Part shown: positions 48,969-60,400 of the stretch, piece after piece
Position numbering within the stretch: position 1 is the first letter of the stretch
How the letters are laid out: every line of letters starts with the position of its first letter
DNA from: an uncultured Bacillota bacterium
Lineage (GTDB): Bacteria; Bacillota; DTU025; MWDF01
Direction of reading: 5' to 3'
Length of the DNA stretch: 64,000 bases
Assembly: GCA_963823655.1 (NCBI GenBank)
Contig: CAWGMK010000010.1
Span: 32,001-96,000 of the forward strand
Notes under the pieces: model-generated
The model's input: only the letters and a program-made list of their open reading frames with translations
What the model was told of the DNA's origin: nothing
Database searches by the model: none
Translations under genes and position numbers: made by a program

Positions 48969-49455
48969 GCGGTCCTCGATGATCGACGGGCTGGCGCCCT
49001 GCCGGACTCTGACGCGTCAGGACAGTATCGGCCGAGCGCGCCTGCTCAACGGTCGACATTGCGCCCAAGTTCATGTCCATCGCGGGTCTTCTCGGCCATT
49101 CGGTGCGTGTGACGCCAAGCGCAGCCGATCACAGCGCAGCCGTGGCCCCTCGCAGAGCGCAGATCGGCCGATAGTGTCCTGGGAGGAGAGACGCGGGGAC
49201 CGGGCCACGGGGGCGTCCGTGGGCCGCGGCCGGGGCCGTGGGACCGCTCGCGGTTTGGCCCGCTCCGCTCTGCGGATCACGTCCCGGCACCACCACGACA
49301 GGGTCGTGACGACATCCTCTGGTCGCGACGGGTCGTTGGCCGCAGCCCCGAGCCCCTTCGGCTCGCTGACTGGCGCGCCTGGAGACGCGGCTCAGGCAAA
49401 GCGCAGATAAGTCCGAGCGATGTCCTGGATCAGTGGGCATCCTCAGGACCTCGCC

Positions 49456-50139
49456 ATGCCGGCCAGGGTCCGACGGGTCGATCGAGGGTCTCAGAACGGG
49501 CGTCACCTGCTTGGCACGCTCGCGACCGAGCTTCGAGTCGCCCGTCGCGAGGCTGGCCTGAGCCAGACGAGCGTCGGCCGCGCCGCGGGGATCAGCGGCG
49601 GCCACGTTGCGCGTCTTGAACGCGGAGAGGTGAGCGGCGCTTCGGTCATGCTCTACTCGCGACTGTTCGCCGTGCTTGGACTGCGCCTGAGCGCGCGCGC
49701 CTATCCGGATGGTGCACCGGTGCGGGACGTCGCCCATCTCCAGCTCCTCGCACGGTTCCGGGCCACGCTGCCGCCGACCATCAGGCTGCGGACGGAAGTC
49801 CCGCTGCGACTCGACCGCGACCTGCGGGCGTGGGATGGCGAGCTGGAAGTCGTCGGCGGCGTGGAAGCCTCCGGAGCGGGGCGTCGCAGTACATGCAAGC
49901 TTGAGGCGGAGACAGTCCTCTACGACCTCCAGTCGCAGGAACGCCGGGTCGCCCTGAAGATGGCCGATGACCGCGTCGACCGCGTCATCCTCCTGGTGGC
50001 AGACACCCATCGCAATCGGCGAGTCCTCCGGGAGTTCCGCGAGCAGCTGATGGCTCGCTTCCCGCTCGGCACCGCGGCAGTCATGCGCGAGCTGCGAGCG
50101 GGTCGATTGCCCGGGCGAAGCGGGATCGTCATCCGCTGA
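49456..50139 (+). CDS. XRE HTH fused to a putative PD-(D/E)XK (DUF559/Vsr-like) domain
   Basis: LRVARREAGLSQTSVGRAAGIS..VARLERG (HTH); TEVPL..RAWD..KLEAET..LK; RVILLVADTHRNR. Confidence 0.7.
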   Translation: MPARVRRVDRGSQNGRHLLGTLATELRVARREAGLSQTSVGRAAGISGGHVARLERGEVSGASVMLYSRLFAVLGLRLSARAYPDGAPVRDVAHLQLLARFRATLPPTIRLRTEVPLRLDRDLRAWDGELEVVGGVEASGAGRRSTCKLEAETVLYDLQSQERRVALKMADDRVDRVILLVADTHRNRRVLREFREQLMARFPLGTAAVMRELRAGRLPGRSGIVIR

Positions 50140-50212
50140 CAGGTGGAGGGCGAGCTGCGAGCGGGTCGATTGCCCGAGCGAAGCGGGATCGTCATCCGCT
50201 GACACGTGGAGG
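50087..50212 (+). repeat. 63-bp tandem duplication of the gene's 3' end, including its stop codon (2 mismatches)
   Basis: Copies start at 50087 and 50150. Confidence 0.9.
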
Positions 50213-50249
50213 ACGAGCCGCGGCGGCCGGCCCGGGACCCGTCGGTGAT

Positions 50250-50400
50250 CGAGGTGATGTCGAGCTCGCCGGCCACGAGACCGGTCAGGTGCTGCCTGCG
50301 GCGCTGGTCCTTGGCGGTCATCGTGACGGTCGCCCTCATGTCCCGGAGGCTGACAAGTCACGGACCGGTCAGCACTGCCAGATTCTGCGGAGCAACGACA
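50250..50400 (-). mobile_element. Probable IS remnant (ISNCY/IS1202-like left end and first ~28 codons of a transposase)
   Basis: Minus strand begins TGTCGTTGCTC at 50400; the ORF at 50339 (MRATVTMTAKDQRRRQHLTGLVAGEL) resembles ISNCY transposase N-termini and then degenerates. Confidence 0.45.
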
Positions 50401-50648
50401 CCGAATGGCCGATTCGCTCGCAGGTCGTAGAATCCCGGTTCGCTGCCCTGCCGTGGTGGGCAGCACCCCAGGGAGGGCATGCCCTTGCTCCCGCCTCCTC
50501 CGCGAGAGCCCAGTCGATGCGCCGATCCAGCGAGCCCGACCCCGCGCGCCTCAGACCCGCGCGCCTCAGACATGTACCTGGCGCGCCGTGCCCGTCCTCA
50601 GGTACCGGGAGTGGTCGCCGCGCCGTCAGCCCGGCAGGGGCAGCACAG

Positions 50649-52642
50649 GTGGCAACCCTCCCGCGACGGCAGACACCTCATCGACAGCAGGCCGCCGCGG
50701 CCCTGGTGATGGTCGTCGTCATGCTCTTCGGCAGCTGGGCGTTCGCGTCGCCGCCGTGGCCCAGGACGCTGTCGCCGGTGCCGCACGTCGTCGGCCGCCG
50801 GAAGGGGCGGCCATCGACCTGATCCAGGGCGAACGGTCTCCGGGTGGGGTCCCGCTGGCAGCTGCCTACGACGCCGAACGTGCCCGCTGCACGGTCATCA
50901 GCCCGGATCCGGTGGCCGGCACGATCGTCGAGCCGGCGCCACGCCGTCAGCTATGTGCTCAGCGCCGGGCCGCCGCCGCAGTCACGGCAGCCGGCGCCGG
51001 AGCCCTGCCCGACCCCAAAGCCCTCCCCGACCCCAAAGCCGTCGCCCACGCCCAAGCCGCCGCCCACCCCAAAGCCGACGCCCTGGCCGACGCCTCCGGG
51101 GGTCAAGGGCGTGGACGTCTCCCATTGGAACGGCGCGCCCGACTTCGGGACGCTGCGCGGAAACGGCATGGAGTTCGTGTTCTCGAAGGCGTCACAGGGC
51201 ACGTGGCTCCAGGACGAGACCTTCCTGCGTAACACGCAGGCGGCCCGCGCGGCCGGCATGCTGCCGGGCGCCTACCACTTCTTCGACTACAACAAGGGCG
51301 GCAAGGAGCAGGCCAGACACTTCCTGGCCACGGTGCAGAACTCGACTGGCCTCGGCGGACTGCTACCCCTCGTCGTGGACGTGGAGACGCTCAAGTCGCT
51401 CGGAACGCCGAACCCCGCCCTGGCGCGCACCCGCCTGCACACGCTCCTGGACGAGCTCTACCGACAGACGGGCCGCTACCCGATGATCTACACGAGTCGC
51501 GAGATGTGGAAGCGCGTCGTCGGCGAGCCGGATGACTTCGGCGCCTATCCGCTGTGGGTGGCCTGCTGGAAGTGCGACAACATCCACCTGCCGCGCGGCT
51601 GGTCGGGCTGGGATTTCTGGCAGGTCGGCCCGTTCCGTTCCCGGGCATGTCGAACCTGGACGGCAACACCTACCGCTCGAGTGCGCAGAAGCTGCGCAAG
51701 GAAGTGCAGCGCGACATGCGCCTCAACAAGGGCGCCGAGTGGTCGGCGAGCACGACCGCCCTGGCCGACCTGTCGCGCTACGACGGCACGGACGTGCGGG
51801 TCGCCCTGGAGGACGGCGGCTTCGGCCCGTGGGCGCCATTTCAGCACCCCTTCCCGGTGCAGCTCGGCGATCAGCAGGGACCCCGCAGCGTCCTGCTGCA
51901 GCTGCGCAGCTACCGCGGCGTCCCGTCGCCGGTCATCAGCGACGCCATCCAGCTCGACTCCGTGCCACCGAAGGTCAAGGGGCCGTGGGTCTCGCTGGTC
52001 TCCGGCGGGCAGCTCAAGCCGAGACGCAGACCGGGTGCCGGTGACGGCCAAGATCGAGGCCACTGACGCCACGTCCGGCCTCGAATCGTCGCGCGTCGAG
52101 GCCAGCCTGCGGGCCGCGTCGGGCCAGTCGCACGCGCCAGGCCCAGGCGGCAGAGCTCGCCATGAACATCGACCGCACGGGCTGCACGATCACCGGCATC
52201 GCTACCGACAAGGTCGGCCTCACTGGCAGCTCGTCGCTCGGCCCGCGCATCCAGCTTCGGGACGTGCGCGAGCGCTCCCGTGACTTCAGCTTCAAGGGTG
52301 ACTGGAAGACGGCCAGGATGAACGAGCGCGATCGGCCGGACGCTCACGCAGGCCTCCGAGCGCGGGGCCCGGATGCGGCTGCCGTTCGAGGGCGCGCAGT
52401 ACGCCATCGTGACGCGACGCGGACCATCCGGCGGCCAGCTCGACGTCCTCGTCGATGGCAAGCGGGTCACGACCCTCGACCTCTACGCGAAGAAGTCGGA
52501 CAGCCGGCGCATCGTCCACGTCGGCAGCGTGCCCAGGCGCAAGCACGTCCTGGAGCTGCGCCCGACCGGGACGAGCGACCCGGCCTCGACGGGCACGACC
52601 GTCTGGCTGGACGCGGTCCTGGTGCTCGACCGGCAGAAGTAG
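50649..52642 (+). CDS. Secreted GH25 muramidase: signal peptide, PASTA-like domain, PTPKP linker, GH25, beta-rich C-terminal domains (frameshifted)
   Basis: GVDVSHWNG, KASQG, GAYHFF, LVVDVE (DxE), PMIYT, LWVA, WDFWQ, LDGN. Confidence 0.85.
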
Positions 52643-52680
52643 CGCCGACGCGAGGCGGGGCGGCGGCCGACGCTCCCCGG

Positions 52681-53832
52681 TCAGTCCTGGAAGCTGACGA
52701 CCCGGCGAGCCCCGTCACGGCGGCGCATGGCCGCGAAGGCCGCCTCGATGTCCTCGAGGCGGATCGACTCGCTGATGAGGCGCCCCAGGGGCAGTCGGCC
52801 CGCGACCGCATCAGCCGCGATCCGGGGAAAGTCGCGTGCCGGGAGACAGGAGCCGTAGTTGGAGCCGAGCAGGCGCTTGCCGTCCTCCACGAAGCGATAG
52901 ACGTCGATGGCAGCGGTGGCGTCCATCGCGGTCATGCCCACCAGCGTGACCGTGCCGCCGGGCCGGACCGCGCGCAGCGAGAGCTCCACGGTGTCCGTCA
53001 GGCCGATGCACTCGAGCACGTGGTCGGGACCACCTGACGCCATCCCGGACGCCAGGGCCATGACCTCGTCCGGCATCACGGTGACCGTCGCCCCGAGCGA
53101 GCGCGCCTGCTCCAGCTTGGCCGGCTCCACATCCACCGCGATGATGGAAGCAGCCCCGGCGTCCACGGCCGCCATCAACGCCGCCAGGCCCACGCCGCCC
53201 AGACCGACGACGACGACCGACTCCCCTGCCCTCACAGCCGCCGTGTTGCGCACCGCCCCGACGCCGGTGGTGGCCGCGCAGCCGATGAGGGCGGCCACGC
53301 CGGGCGGCGTCCGGGGATCGATCGGGATGGCCGCCTCGGCCGCGACGACCTGACGAGTGGAGAACGTGCCGATCCCCGAGTAGACCCCGAGCCCGGACCC
53401 ATCCGGGCGGTGAAGGCGCATGGACGCCGGGTCGAGCCTGTGGCCCGAGCCCCGCGGTGCGGCACAGAGCCACGCCTCGCCACGAAGGCAGGCCGGACAC
53501 ACCGCGCACGGTGCGGTCCAGGCGAGCGTGACGAGGTCACCGACCCGGAGGCCACCCGCCTCGAGCGGTGCGTCGGGCGGGCGCTCGGTCACGCCATCCC
53601 CGAGCTCCTCGACGATGCCGGCACCCTCGTGCCCGAGGACGACGTCAGCCGGGCGACGCCACTCGCCATCGACGACATGGAGGTCCGAGTGGCACACGCC
53701 GGAGGCGACCATCCGCACGCGAACCTCGCGTGGGCCGGGCGGGTCGAGCCACAGGTCCTCCAGCGTGGGTGGCCTGTCCGGGCCGTGGTAGACCAGGCCA
53801 CGGACGGGCGTTCGGTTCGGGTCCTGGCTCAC
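52681..53832 (-). CDS. Zn-dependent alcohol dehydrogenase (class III-like MDR)
   Basis: SGVCHSD, GHEGAG, CxxCxxC..C, GCAATTG, GLGGVG. Confidence 0.93.
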   Translation of the reverse strand: MSQDPNRTPVRGLVYHGPDRPPTLEDLWLDPPGPREVRVRMVASGVCHSDLHVVDGEWRRPADVVLGHEGAGIVEELGDGVTERPPDAPLEAGGLRVGDLVTLAWTAPCAVCPACLRGEAWLCAAPRGSGHRLDPASMRLHRPDGSGLGVYSGIGTFSTRQVVAAEAAIPIDPRTPPGVAALIGCAATTGVGAVRNTAAVRAGESVVVVGLGGVGLAALMAAVDAGAASIIAVDVEPAKLEQARSLGATVTVMPDEVMALASGMASGGPDHVLECIGLTDTVELSLRAVRPGGTVTLVGMTAMDATAAIDVYRFVEDGKRLLGSNYGSCLPARDFPRIAADAVAGRLPLGRLISESIRLEDIEAAFAAMRRRDGARRVVSFQD

Positions 53833-54660
53833 GGGCGGCTCTCCTCGTGGGGCGGAGGGGGTTCCTCGTCGGGCGCAGCGGCCGCTTCCACTGGCGCCTG
53901 GGCCGTGGCCACTGGCGCTGCGGCCGCTTCCACTGGCGCTGCGGCCACGTCCACTGCCCCGGTCTCGAGCAGCCAGGGTCGATCGTTGAAGGCCTCCGAG
54001 AGGGTCCGCCCGAACCAGCCCGGCGGCTCGCGCTCCGGCGACGCCGACCAGCATCGCCTCCAGCCGCTCCTGGACGACGTCGGTCATCGCCCGGGCACCG
54101 GCCTTGCCGCGAGCGAAGCCGTCGCGGATGGACCGGCTCGCCGATGCGGACGTCCACGCGGCTGCCGAAGTGCACCCAACGGGTGCCGATGATGGCCGTG
54201 GGCACGATGGGCGCGCGAGCCATCATGGCGAAGTGCGCCAGGCCCGTCTCGAGCGGCAGGATGCGGCCCTCGTGGTCGCTGAGGCGGCCCTCGCCGGCGA
54301 TGGCCAGGCAGGCGCCGGTCCGCAGCACGGCCACGGCGCGGCGCGTGGTGTCGATGACGTCCTGTGCCGCGGGCTTGAAGGGCACGCCGCGCCGCGTCCA
54401 GGTGATGACGTGGTTGCGGATGCCCGTGCCCATGTCCTGCTCGCGCGGACCGAAGATGTAGAGCAGGCGCTCGCGGTCCGGCCACGTCGCCGCCAGGACG
54501 ACGGGATCGAGCCACGAGGGGTGGTTGAAGCAGATGATGTAGGGGCCGCCGGGCGGCAGCTGCTCGGCGCCGCGGACGCTGGTGCGCACGTAGGCGCTCA
54601 CGAGCGCCTTGAGGACGAGGCGGACGGCGTGGTAGCGGAGCGGTCCGGGGCTCGTTGTGC
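53829..54660 (-). CDS. Lysophospholipid (PlsC-like) acyltransferase (start uncertain; frameshifted)
   Basis: NHPSWLD (HxxxxD), AGEGRL, GLAHFA..APIVP. Confidence 0.85.
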
Positions 54661-54705
54661 TCGGCCGGCTCGACCGTGCGTCAGGCGCTCGGCGACGCTC
54701 GGCGC

Positions 54706-55770
54706 CTAGATGCGCAGCGCGCCGGCGCGGGTGACGATGGCGGCATCGCGGCCCAGGAGCGCCGCGGGCGGCAGCTCCACGCTCGGCGCGACGCCCGAAT
54801 CGAGCCGGTCGGCCTCCTCGATGAAGAGCGGCACGAGGCCCGGGTCGAACTGCTGGCCGGCGTGCTTGCGCAGCTCGTCGAAGGCCTCGTCCACGGAGCG
54901 GGCGGCGCGGTAGGGGCGGCCGCGCACGATGGCGTCGAAGGCGTCGGCGAGGGCCACGATGCGGGCACCCAGGGGGATCTGCTCGCCCTTCAGGCCATCC
55001 GGGTAGCCGCTGCCGTCCCAGCGCTCGTGGTGGTGGCGGATGATGGGCGTGAAGTCGCGCGACATGCGCAGCGGGTCGCAGATGCGCTCCCCGATCTCGG
55101 GGTGCTCGCGCATGATGCGGAACTCCTCGTCCGTGAGCGGGCCTGGCTTGTGGAGGACGTGCTCCGCGATGCCGATCTTGCCGATGTCGTGGAGCAGCGC
55201 GCCGTAGGCGACGCCCTCCAGCTCGCCGTCGCGCAGGCCGACGTAGGCGGCCAGGCGGGCCGAGCGGTAGGCCAGGTAGCGGCAGTGGTCCTTGAGCCCG
55301 AGGTCCTTGGCCTCGACCGCGTTGGCCAGGGCGACCACGATGTCGTGGGCCTGCTCCATGCGCCGGATGACCTCGCGCGTCCGATACGAGCTGCGCAGGC
55401 GAGCCAGGAGCTCGACCTGCTGGAAGGGCTTGGTGACGAAGTCGTCGGCGCCCGCGTCCAGGGCGGCCACCATGTCCGAGGTGGACGTGTGGGCCGTGAG
55501 CACGATGATGGGCAGCGTCACGGTGCGGTGGTCGGCCCGCAGCCGCCGGCAGATCTCCAGCCCGTCCATGCCAGGCAGGGTGAGGTCCAGGATGACCATG
55601 TCCGGCTGGTGCTCGGCCACGGCGCGCAGCCCGTTGACGCCATCCGCCACGGCGATGACGCTGTAGCCGGCGTCCTCCAGGATGCGGCCCAGGACACGCC
55701 TGACGGCCGCGTCATCCTCGATGACTGCCACGCGGGGACGCACCGTGCCCCGGTGGGCGGTGTGGTCCAA
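54706..55770 (-). CDS. Response regulator with HD-GYP (c-di-GMP phosphodiesterase) output domain
   Basis: REC: IEDD, ILDLTLPGMDG, KPF; HD-GYP: LHDIGK, HHERWDGSGYP, ADAFDA, QFDP; TTG start after GGAGGGAG. Confidence 0.93.
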   Translation of the reverse strand: MDHTAHRGTVRPRVAVIEDDAAVRRVLGRILEDAGYSVIAVADGVNGLRAVAEHQPDMVILDLTLPGMDGLEICRRLRADHRTVTLPIIVLTAHTSTSDMVAALDAGADDFVTKPFQQVELLARLRSSYRTREVIRRMEQAHDIVVALANAVEAKDLGLKDHCRYLAYRSARLAAYVGLRDGELEGVAYGALLHDIGKIGIAEHVLHKPGPLTDEEFRIMREHPEIGERICDPLRMSRDFTPIIRHHHERWDGSGYPDGLKGEQIPLGARIVALADAFDAIVRGRPYRAARSVDEAFDELRKHAGQQFDPGLVPLFIEEADRLDSGVAPSVELPPAALLGRDAAIVTRAGALRI

Positions 55771-55951
55771 GAGTCTCCCTCCACAGCGCCACGACGACTT
55801 GACGCGGGTCGGGCTGGAGTATACCCGCCGGTGCGTTCTGTCACCGGCTTCAGGCGCGGTGTCATCGGCTGTCCCGATGGCCGCGGTCGCCTCGGCACGG
55901 GTGGTGACGCGACGCACGGGCCTTCTGCGATCAGGTGGTAGCGTGACGACC

Positions 55952-56850
55952 ATGAGCGGTCGCGATCTCGGTCGTGCGTTCCGGGCGCACCCGCTGGCGG
56001 TCGCGGCGAGGCTGGCCATGGCGCTGTGCATGGCGCTGGCGGTGCTGACCGTCGGGTCCGTGTCGCTCTGTCGCGGTGCCGGGGTCGCTGGCCGGGCGGC
56101 GCGCCAGCGGTCGCCCTGGCGCAGGGCAAGCCCCCGCTCGACGATCCGGCCGTCCCGGTGCGCATCACCGTGCCCGCCCTCGGCATCGACCTGCCGGTGG
56201 TCTCGAGCGAGCGCACCGTGCCCGGCAACGTGCGCGACTACCCGCTCTGTGACGTGGCCCAGTACTGGGACATCTACGACCTGCCCGGTGCCCCGGGCAC
56301 GACCTGGATCTACGCCCATGCCCAGCCGGGCATGTTCCTGCCGCTGCTGCTGAACGCGGAGGCCACGTCGGGCGAGGGACTGCTGGGTCAGATGGTGACG
56401 CTGCAGCTGAAGGACGGACGCCTGCTGCGCTACCGCATCGTGGAGGTCAAGCAGCACGCCTACAACCGCCGCCTCGCGCTGCGCGCCCGCCCCAGCCAGC
56501 AGCGACTCATCCTGCAGACGAGCGAGGGGCCACCGGGCACCATCCCCAAGCTGCAGGTGGCCGCCAACCTCATCGGCGCCACGTGGACGGATGAGCCAGC
56601 CGCCCAAGGCCCAGCCACGCGCCTGCTGGCAGCCACGGCCGAAGCCGACCGACCGGGCGGCAAGGCGGGGCGCACGGGCGCCGCGAAGCCGACACCGCAG
56701 CCGTCGCCCACGACCATGGCGGCCGGTGGCACCACCGACGCAGCCTCCCTCGCCCTGGGTGGCGGCGCGGTCCTCATCGGCGCCACGCTGGTAGCGATCT
56801 ACATGGTCAGACGGCCCGCTCCCGACCGACGGCAACCACCCCGCCGATAG
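55952..56850 (+). CDS. Sortase-fold protein with atypical catalytic motif (LILQTS) and C-terminal TM (frameshifted)
   Basis: N-terminal signal/TM, PVRITVPALGIDLPV, PGAPGTTWIYAH, YRIVEV, RLILQTSEGP..PKLQVAA. Confidence 0.75.
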
Positions 56851-56898
56851 AGCGGCCTGGGAGGACAGGCGGCAGCGACGATCGCCGCGGTTCGATCG

Positions 56899-57300
56899 TT
56901 ATCGCCCACGACGTCTTCGGTGCCAGGGCTCGAGTCGATAGGTCCGAATCAGGAACTGGTCGAAGAATGGGACAGTGAAATCCGCCAAGCCCAAGGCAGG
57001 CGAGTAGATCAGGCCTTTTTCGATCAGGCTCCCCCTGACAGTGCCGACCTCAGCGCTCGAACCGAGCCCCAGCTTCGATGCGATGGCGCCCGACCGTCGG
57101 GACTCCGGGGCGAGTTCAGCCATGGCTCGCAGGTATGAGATCTCGCGAGGTTGTGTCACGCGTGCCATGCGCCCCTTGAAGAACGACTCATCGAGCTCAG
57201 CCTCAAGCAGTGGAACCGTGGCGGCAACGTCGTCGGTGCTGATCGGCGAATGGTCCGCCACGTTCCAGACCCTGCTCCCGAACTCCTGGATGATGTCCAT
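56899..57300 (-). pseudogene. C-terminal fragment of an AAA+ ATP-binding protein (helical and winged-helix part; no Walker motifs)
   Basis: QEFGSRVW..ELDESFF..YLRAMAEL..RGSLIEKGLIYSP..DFTVPFFDQFL; lower GC than the flanks. Confidence 0.6.
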
Positions 57301-57441
57301 CGAGGCCTCTTTGCTGTGTTCACTGGTGTTTACAACCACCGTGTAAACCAAGATGAACGCTGTCAAGGATGCTGGACAGATCGACGGCCGGATCCTTCGC
57401 GGGATCCGGCCGTCGCTTGTGGTGGCGGAGGTTGGCGTGGG

Positions 57442-60400
57442 CTACGTCCTGGCCAGTCGATGCCGACGGATGAGCCATGCGCCGCTGACGATCATCATGG
57501 CCGCGACGAGGACGATGAAGGCCCAGCCCGTCGGGCCCCCAAGGAATCCACCTGACGTCGACGCGGCCTCGGTCGCGAGGAGTGTGTCCGTGGACGGCTG
57601 CTTGTCGCCGTCACCTGCGCCACCGCCGCTTCCGCTCTCGTCATCGCCAGCGCCGCCATCCCGGACGGGGACGATGCGGATGAAGGCCTGGGCAGTCGCG
57701 GAGATGACCGTGACCGCTGTATCGCGGAACTCTCCAGCCAGCAGGGCCTCCTCGTCGTCAGTGACCGTGACGGTCACGGTGTTCACGTGACGGTCGCCAG
57801 CCTGCCCGGTGACGAAGGCCGTGAACTGGCATTCGTATGTCGCGCCGGCGGCGATGAGGTCGCCGACCGAGTTCGCGCACGTGTTGTTCGTGAGATCCCG
57901 ATTGCGTGGGTCATCCAGGTCGCCCAGCAGGTCGTCGCTCAGGGCCACGATGCCGAGGCTCTCGGGAACGAGGTTCTGGATGGTGATGGTGAAGGTCACG
58001 TCGCCACCCGGCTCTTCCAGCCTGGTCACGGACGGGGTCTTGGTGACCGCGATGGCAGGCACGATATCCGTGATCGTCACCGTCGCGTCGTCAGACGCGA
58101 CGGCCTGGCGACCCTCGAGCGTGGCGGCCCTGGCCGTGACCACGTCGGTCTCGACCGTCCCGCCGACCCCACCCACGAATGCGGTGAAGGCGCAGGCGTA
58201 GGTCGCTCCAGGCGCCAGTGACTGCGGCACGGCGCACGTCCCCTTGCCGTTCACGTCGCCGTGGACGTTGTCCACCAGGCTCGTGAGCGAGACGGCCACA
58301 TTGCCGGTGTTGGTGACGCTGACGGCGAAAGAGACGTCCCCGCCCGGCTCGGGGACGGAGCCCGGAGTGGCGGTCTTGGTGACGGAGATCGTGGGGGTCG
58401 AGCGGATCTTGAACGTGGCCGTGGCCGCGTTGTCAGCCGGATCCGGGTCAGTGGTCTGGCTCGAGACGGTGGCGCTGTTGGAGACGGTCGTCAGGTCGAG
58501 GTAGGTGCCGGGTACGACGGTGGCGTTGACCGTGATGGTGGCGTCGACGCCGACCGGGTGGCTGGCGATCGTGCAGGTGAGCGTGTTACCGACGATCGGC
58601 GCGCAGGTGTATGGCCCGTCATCGACGACGGTGACGCCCTGGAGCTGCGCTGGGAACGTGTCACTGAGGGTGGCGTCGGCTGCGTCGGAGGGACCGGCGT
58701 TGGAGACGCTCAGGGTGTAGGTGACGCTGCCGCCCGAGACGGTCTCGGCCGGGGTGACGCTCTTGGTGACCGAGAGGTCGGCGACCGCTCCCACCTCCAC
58801 CGACGCCGTGTCGCTGTTGGGCAGGGCGTCGGGGACCTGTGGGGTGCGCGCCGCCACCGTGGCCGTGTTGGGGATCGACCGCGCCGTCAGGGAGGCCCAC
58901 CGGCACGACCGCGGTCAAGGTGACCGTGGCCGTCGAGCCGGCCGCCATCGTGGCGGCGTCGCAGGTCAGCACGAACTGGGTGCCGGGGGGCGCCAGCGTG
59001 CAGCCGAGCGACGGCGGCGTCACCGTGCCAAGCGTGACCTGGGTGAAGACAGCCGGGAACGAGTCGGTCACCACGACCCCGCTGGCATCGCTTGGGCCCG
59101 CGTTGGTCACCGTCAGCGTGTAGGTGATCGTCTGGCCGGCGGCGACAGCCACCGGGTCCGGGTTGCCATCCTGCCCCTGCACCTGTTTGACGATGCCGAG
59201 GTCGGCCTGGGCGACCAGCGGGGTGTCGGCGCAGGCGACGTTGTTCGATGAGTCGCTGATCGCGGCTGCGGCCGTCAGCGTGGGGGCGACCTGACGGCAC
59301 GTTGGATCGGGCGGTGCTGGATCGTCGGGGTGATCGAGGACCGCGAGGTTGGGGTAGCCGGCTCCCGGGTCGGGGGCCGTGCTCGCGTCGGCACGAGCCC
59401 GCAGCACCACCGTCGCCGTGGCACCGGCGGGCAGCGCCGCCGCCGGGATGGTGCAGGTGATGGTCTGGCCACTCGGCGCGGCGCAGGTCACGCTGGCCGT
59501 CGATGCCGTCGTGTCGAGCGGCGTAGGTGCGAACGAGAAGCCGGTCGGCAAGGTGTCGGTCACGGTGGCATCGCCAACCACCCCGCTCGTGCCGAGGTTC
59601 TCAACCGTGATCGTGTACGGGAAGGCCGCTCCACCGGCCACGGCCGGTGTGGTGTCCGTGCCGTCGCGGAAGACCTTGGTCAGAGCCAGGTCGAACGTCT
59701 TCAGGTAGGCGACATCGGCGTTGTCGGTCTGGACGGGGTCGCTGGTGAGACCCGACACCGTGGCGCTGTTCGGGAACGGCGCCGTCGCAGTGACCGGGTC
59801 CGCCGCCGTAGCGGTGAACACGATCGAGCCCGCCGACCCGACCGCCAGCGTGGCGGCCCGGCAGGTGACCGGGACATCGAGCGGCTCGCCGGCCGCGGCC
59901 GTCCCGCCGCCGGCCCGGTCACAGGTCAACCCGGCCGGTGCGCTGACGAAGAGCACGGGCGTCACCAGGTCGCTGGCCAGCGGGTCGATGACGGTCACGC
60001 TCTGCGCCACCGACGGCCCGTTGTTCGTCACCCGCAGGGTGAACGTCACGGGCTGAGCGGGAATGATCCCTTCCGCCGTGGCGGGCGTCTGGGCGTCGTT
60101 CGGCGTCGTGCCGCCCGGGCCGGTCGCCAGCTTCGGTGACCGAGAGGTCGGCGGATGTGGCCACGGTGGTCGTGGTGGTCGCGCTGTCGTTGGCAGCGTT
60201 CGGATCGCTGGTCGCCGCGGAGACGGTGGCCGTGTTGCTGATGACCGTGCCGGCGGCGACACTCGCCCCGACCTGGACGATGAGCGTGAAGGTCTGGGTG
60301 GCACCGGCGGCCAGGCTGGCGATCGTGCAGGTGACGGTGCCGTTGCCCCCCACGGCGGGCGTCGTGCAGCTGAAGCCTGCGGGCGCGGTGAGCGAGACGA

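Noticed and set aside
50087-50212. Diversity-generating retroelement TR/VR pair
   Set aside because: Only two mismatches, one not at adenine, and no reverse transcriptase in the window.
50541-50570. 15-bp tandem repeat CCCGCGCGCCTCAGA x2
   Set aside because: Only two copies with no context; likely replication slippage.
53870-53960. Tandem repeats at the acyltransferase 3' end
   Set aside because: They simply encode an AAAPVE-type low-complexity tail.
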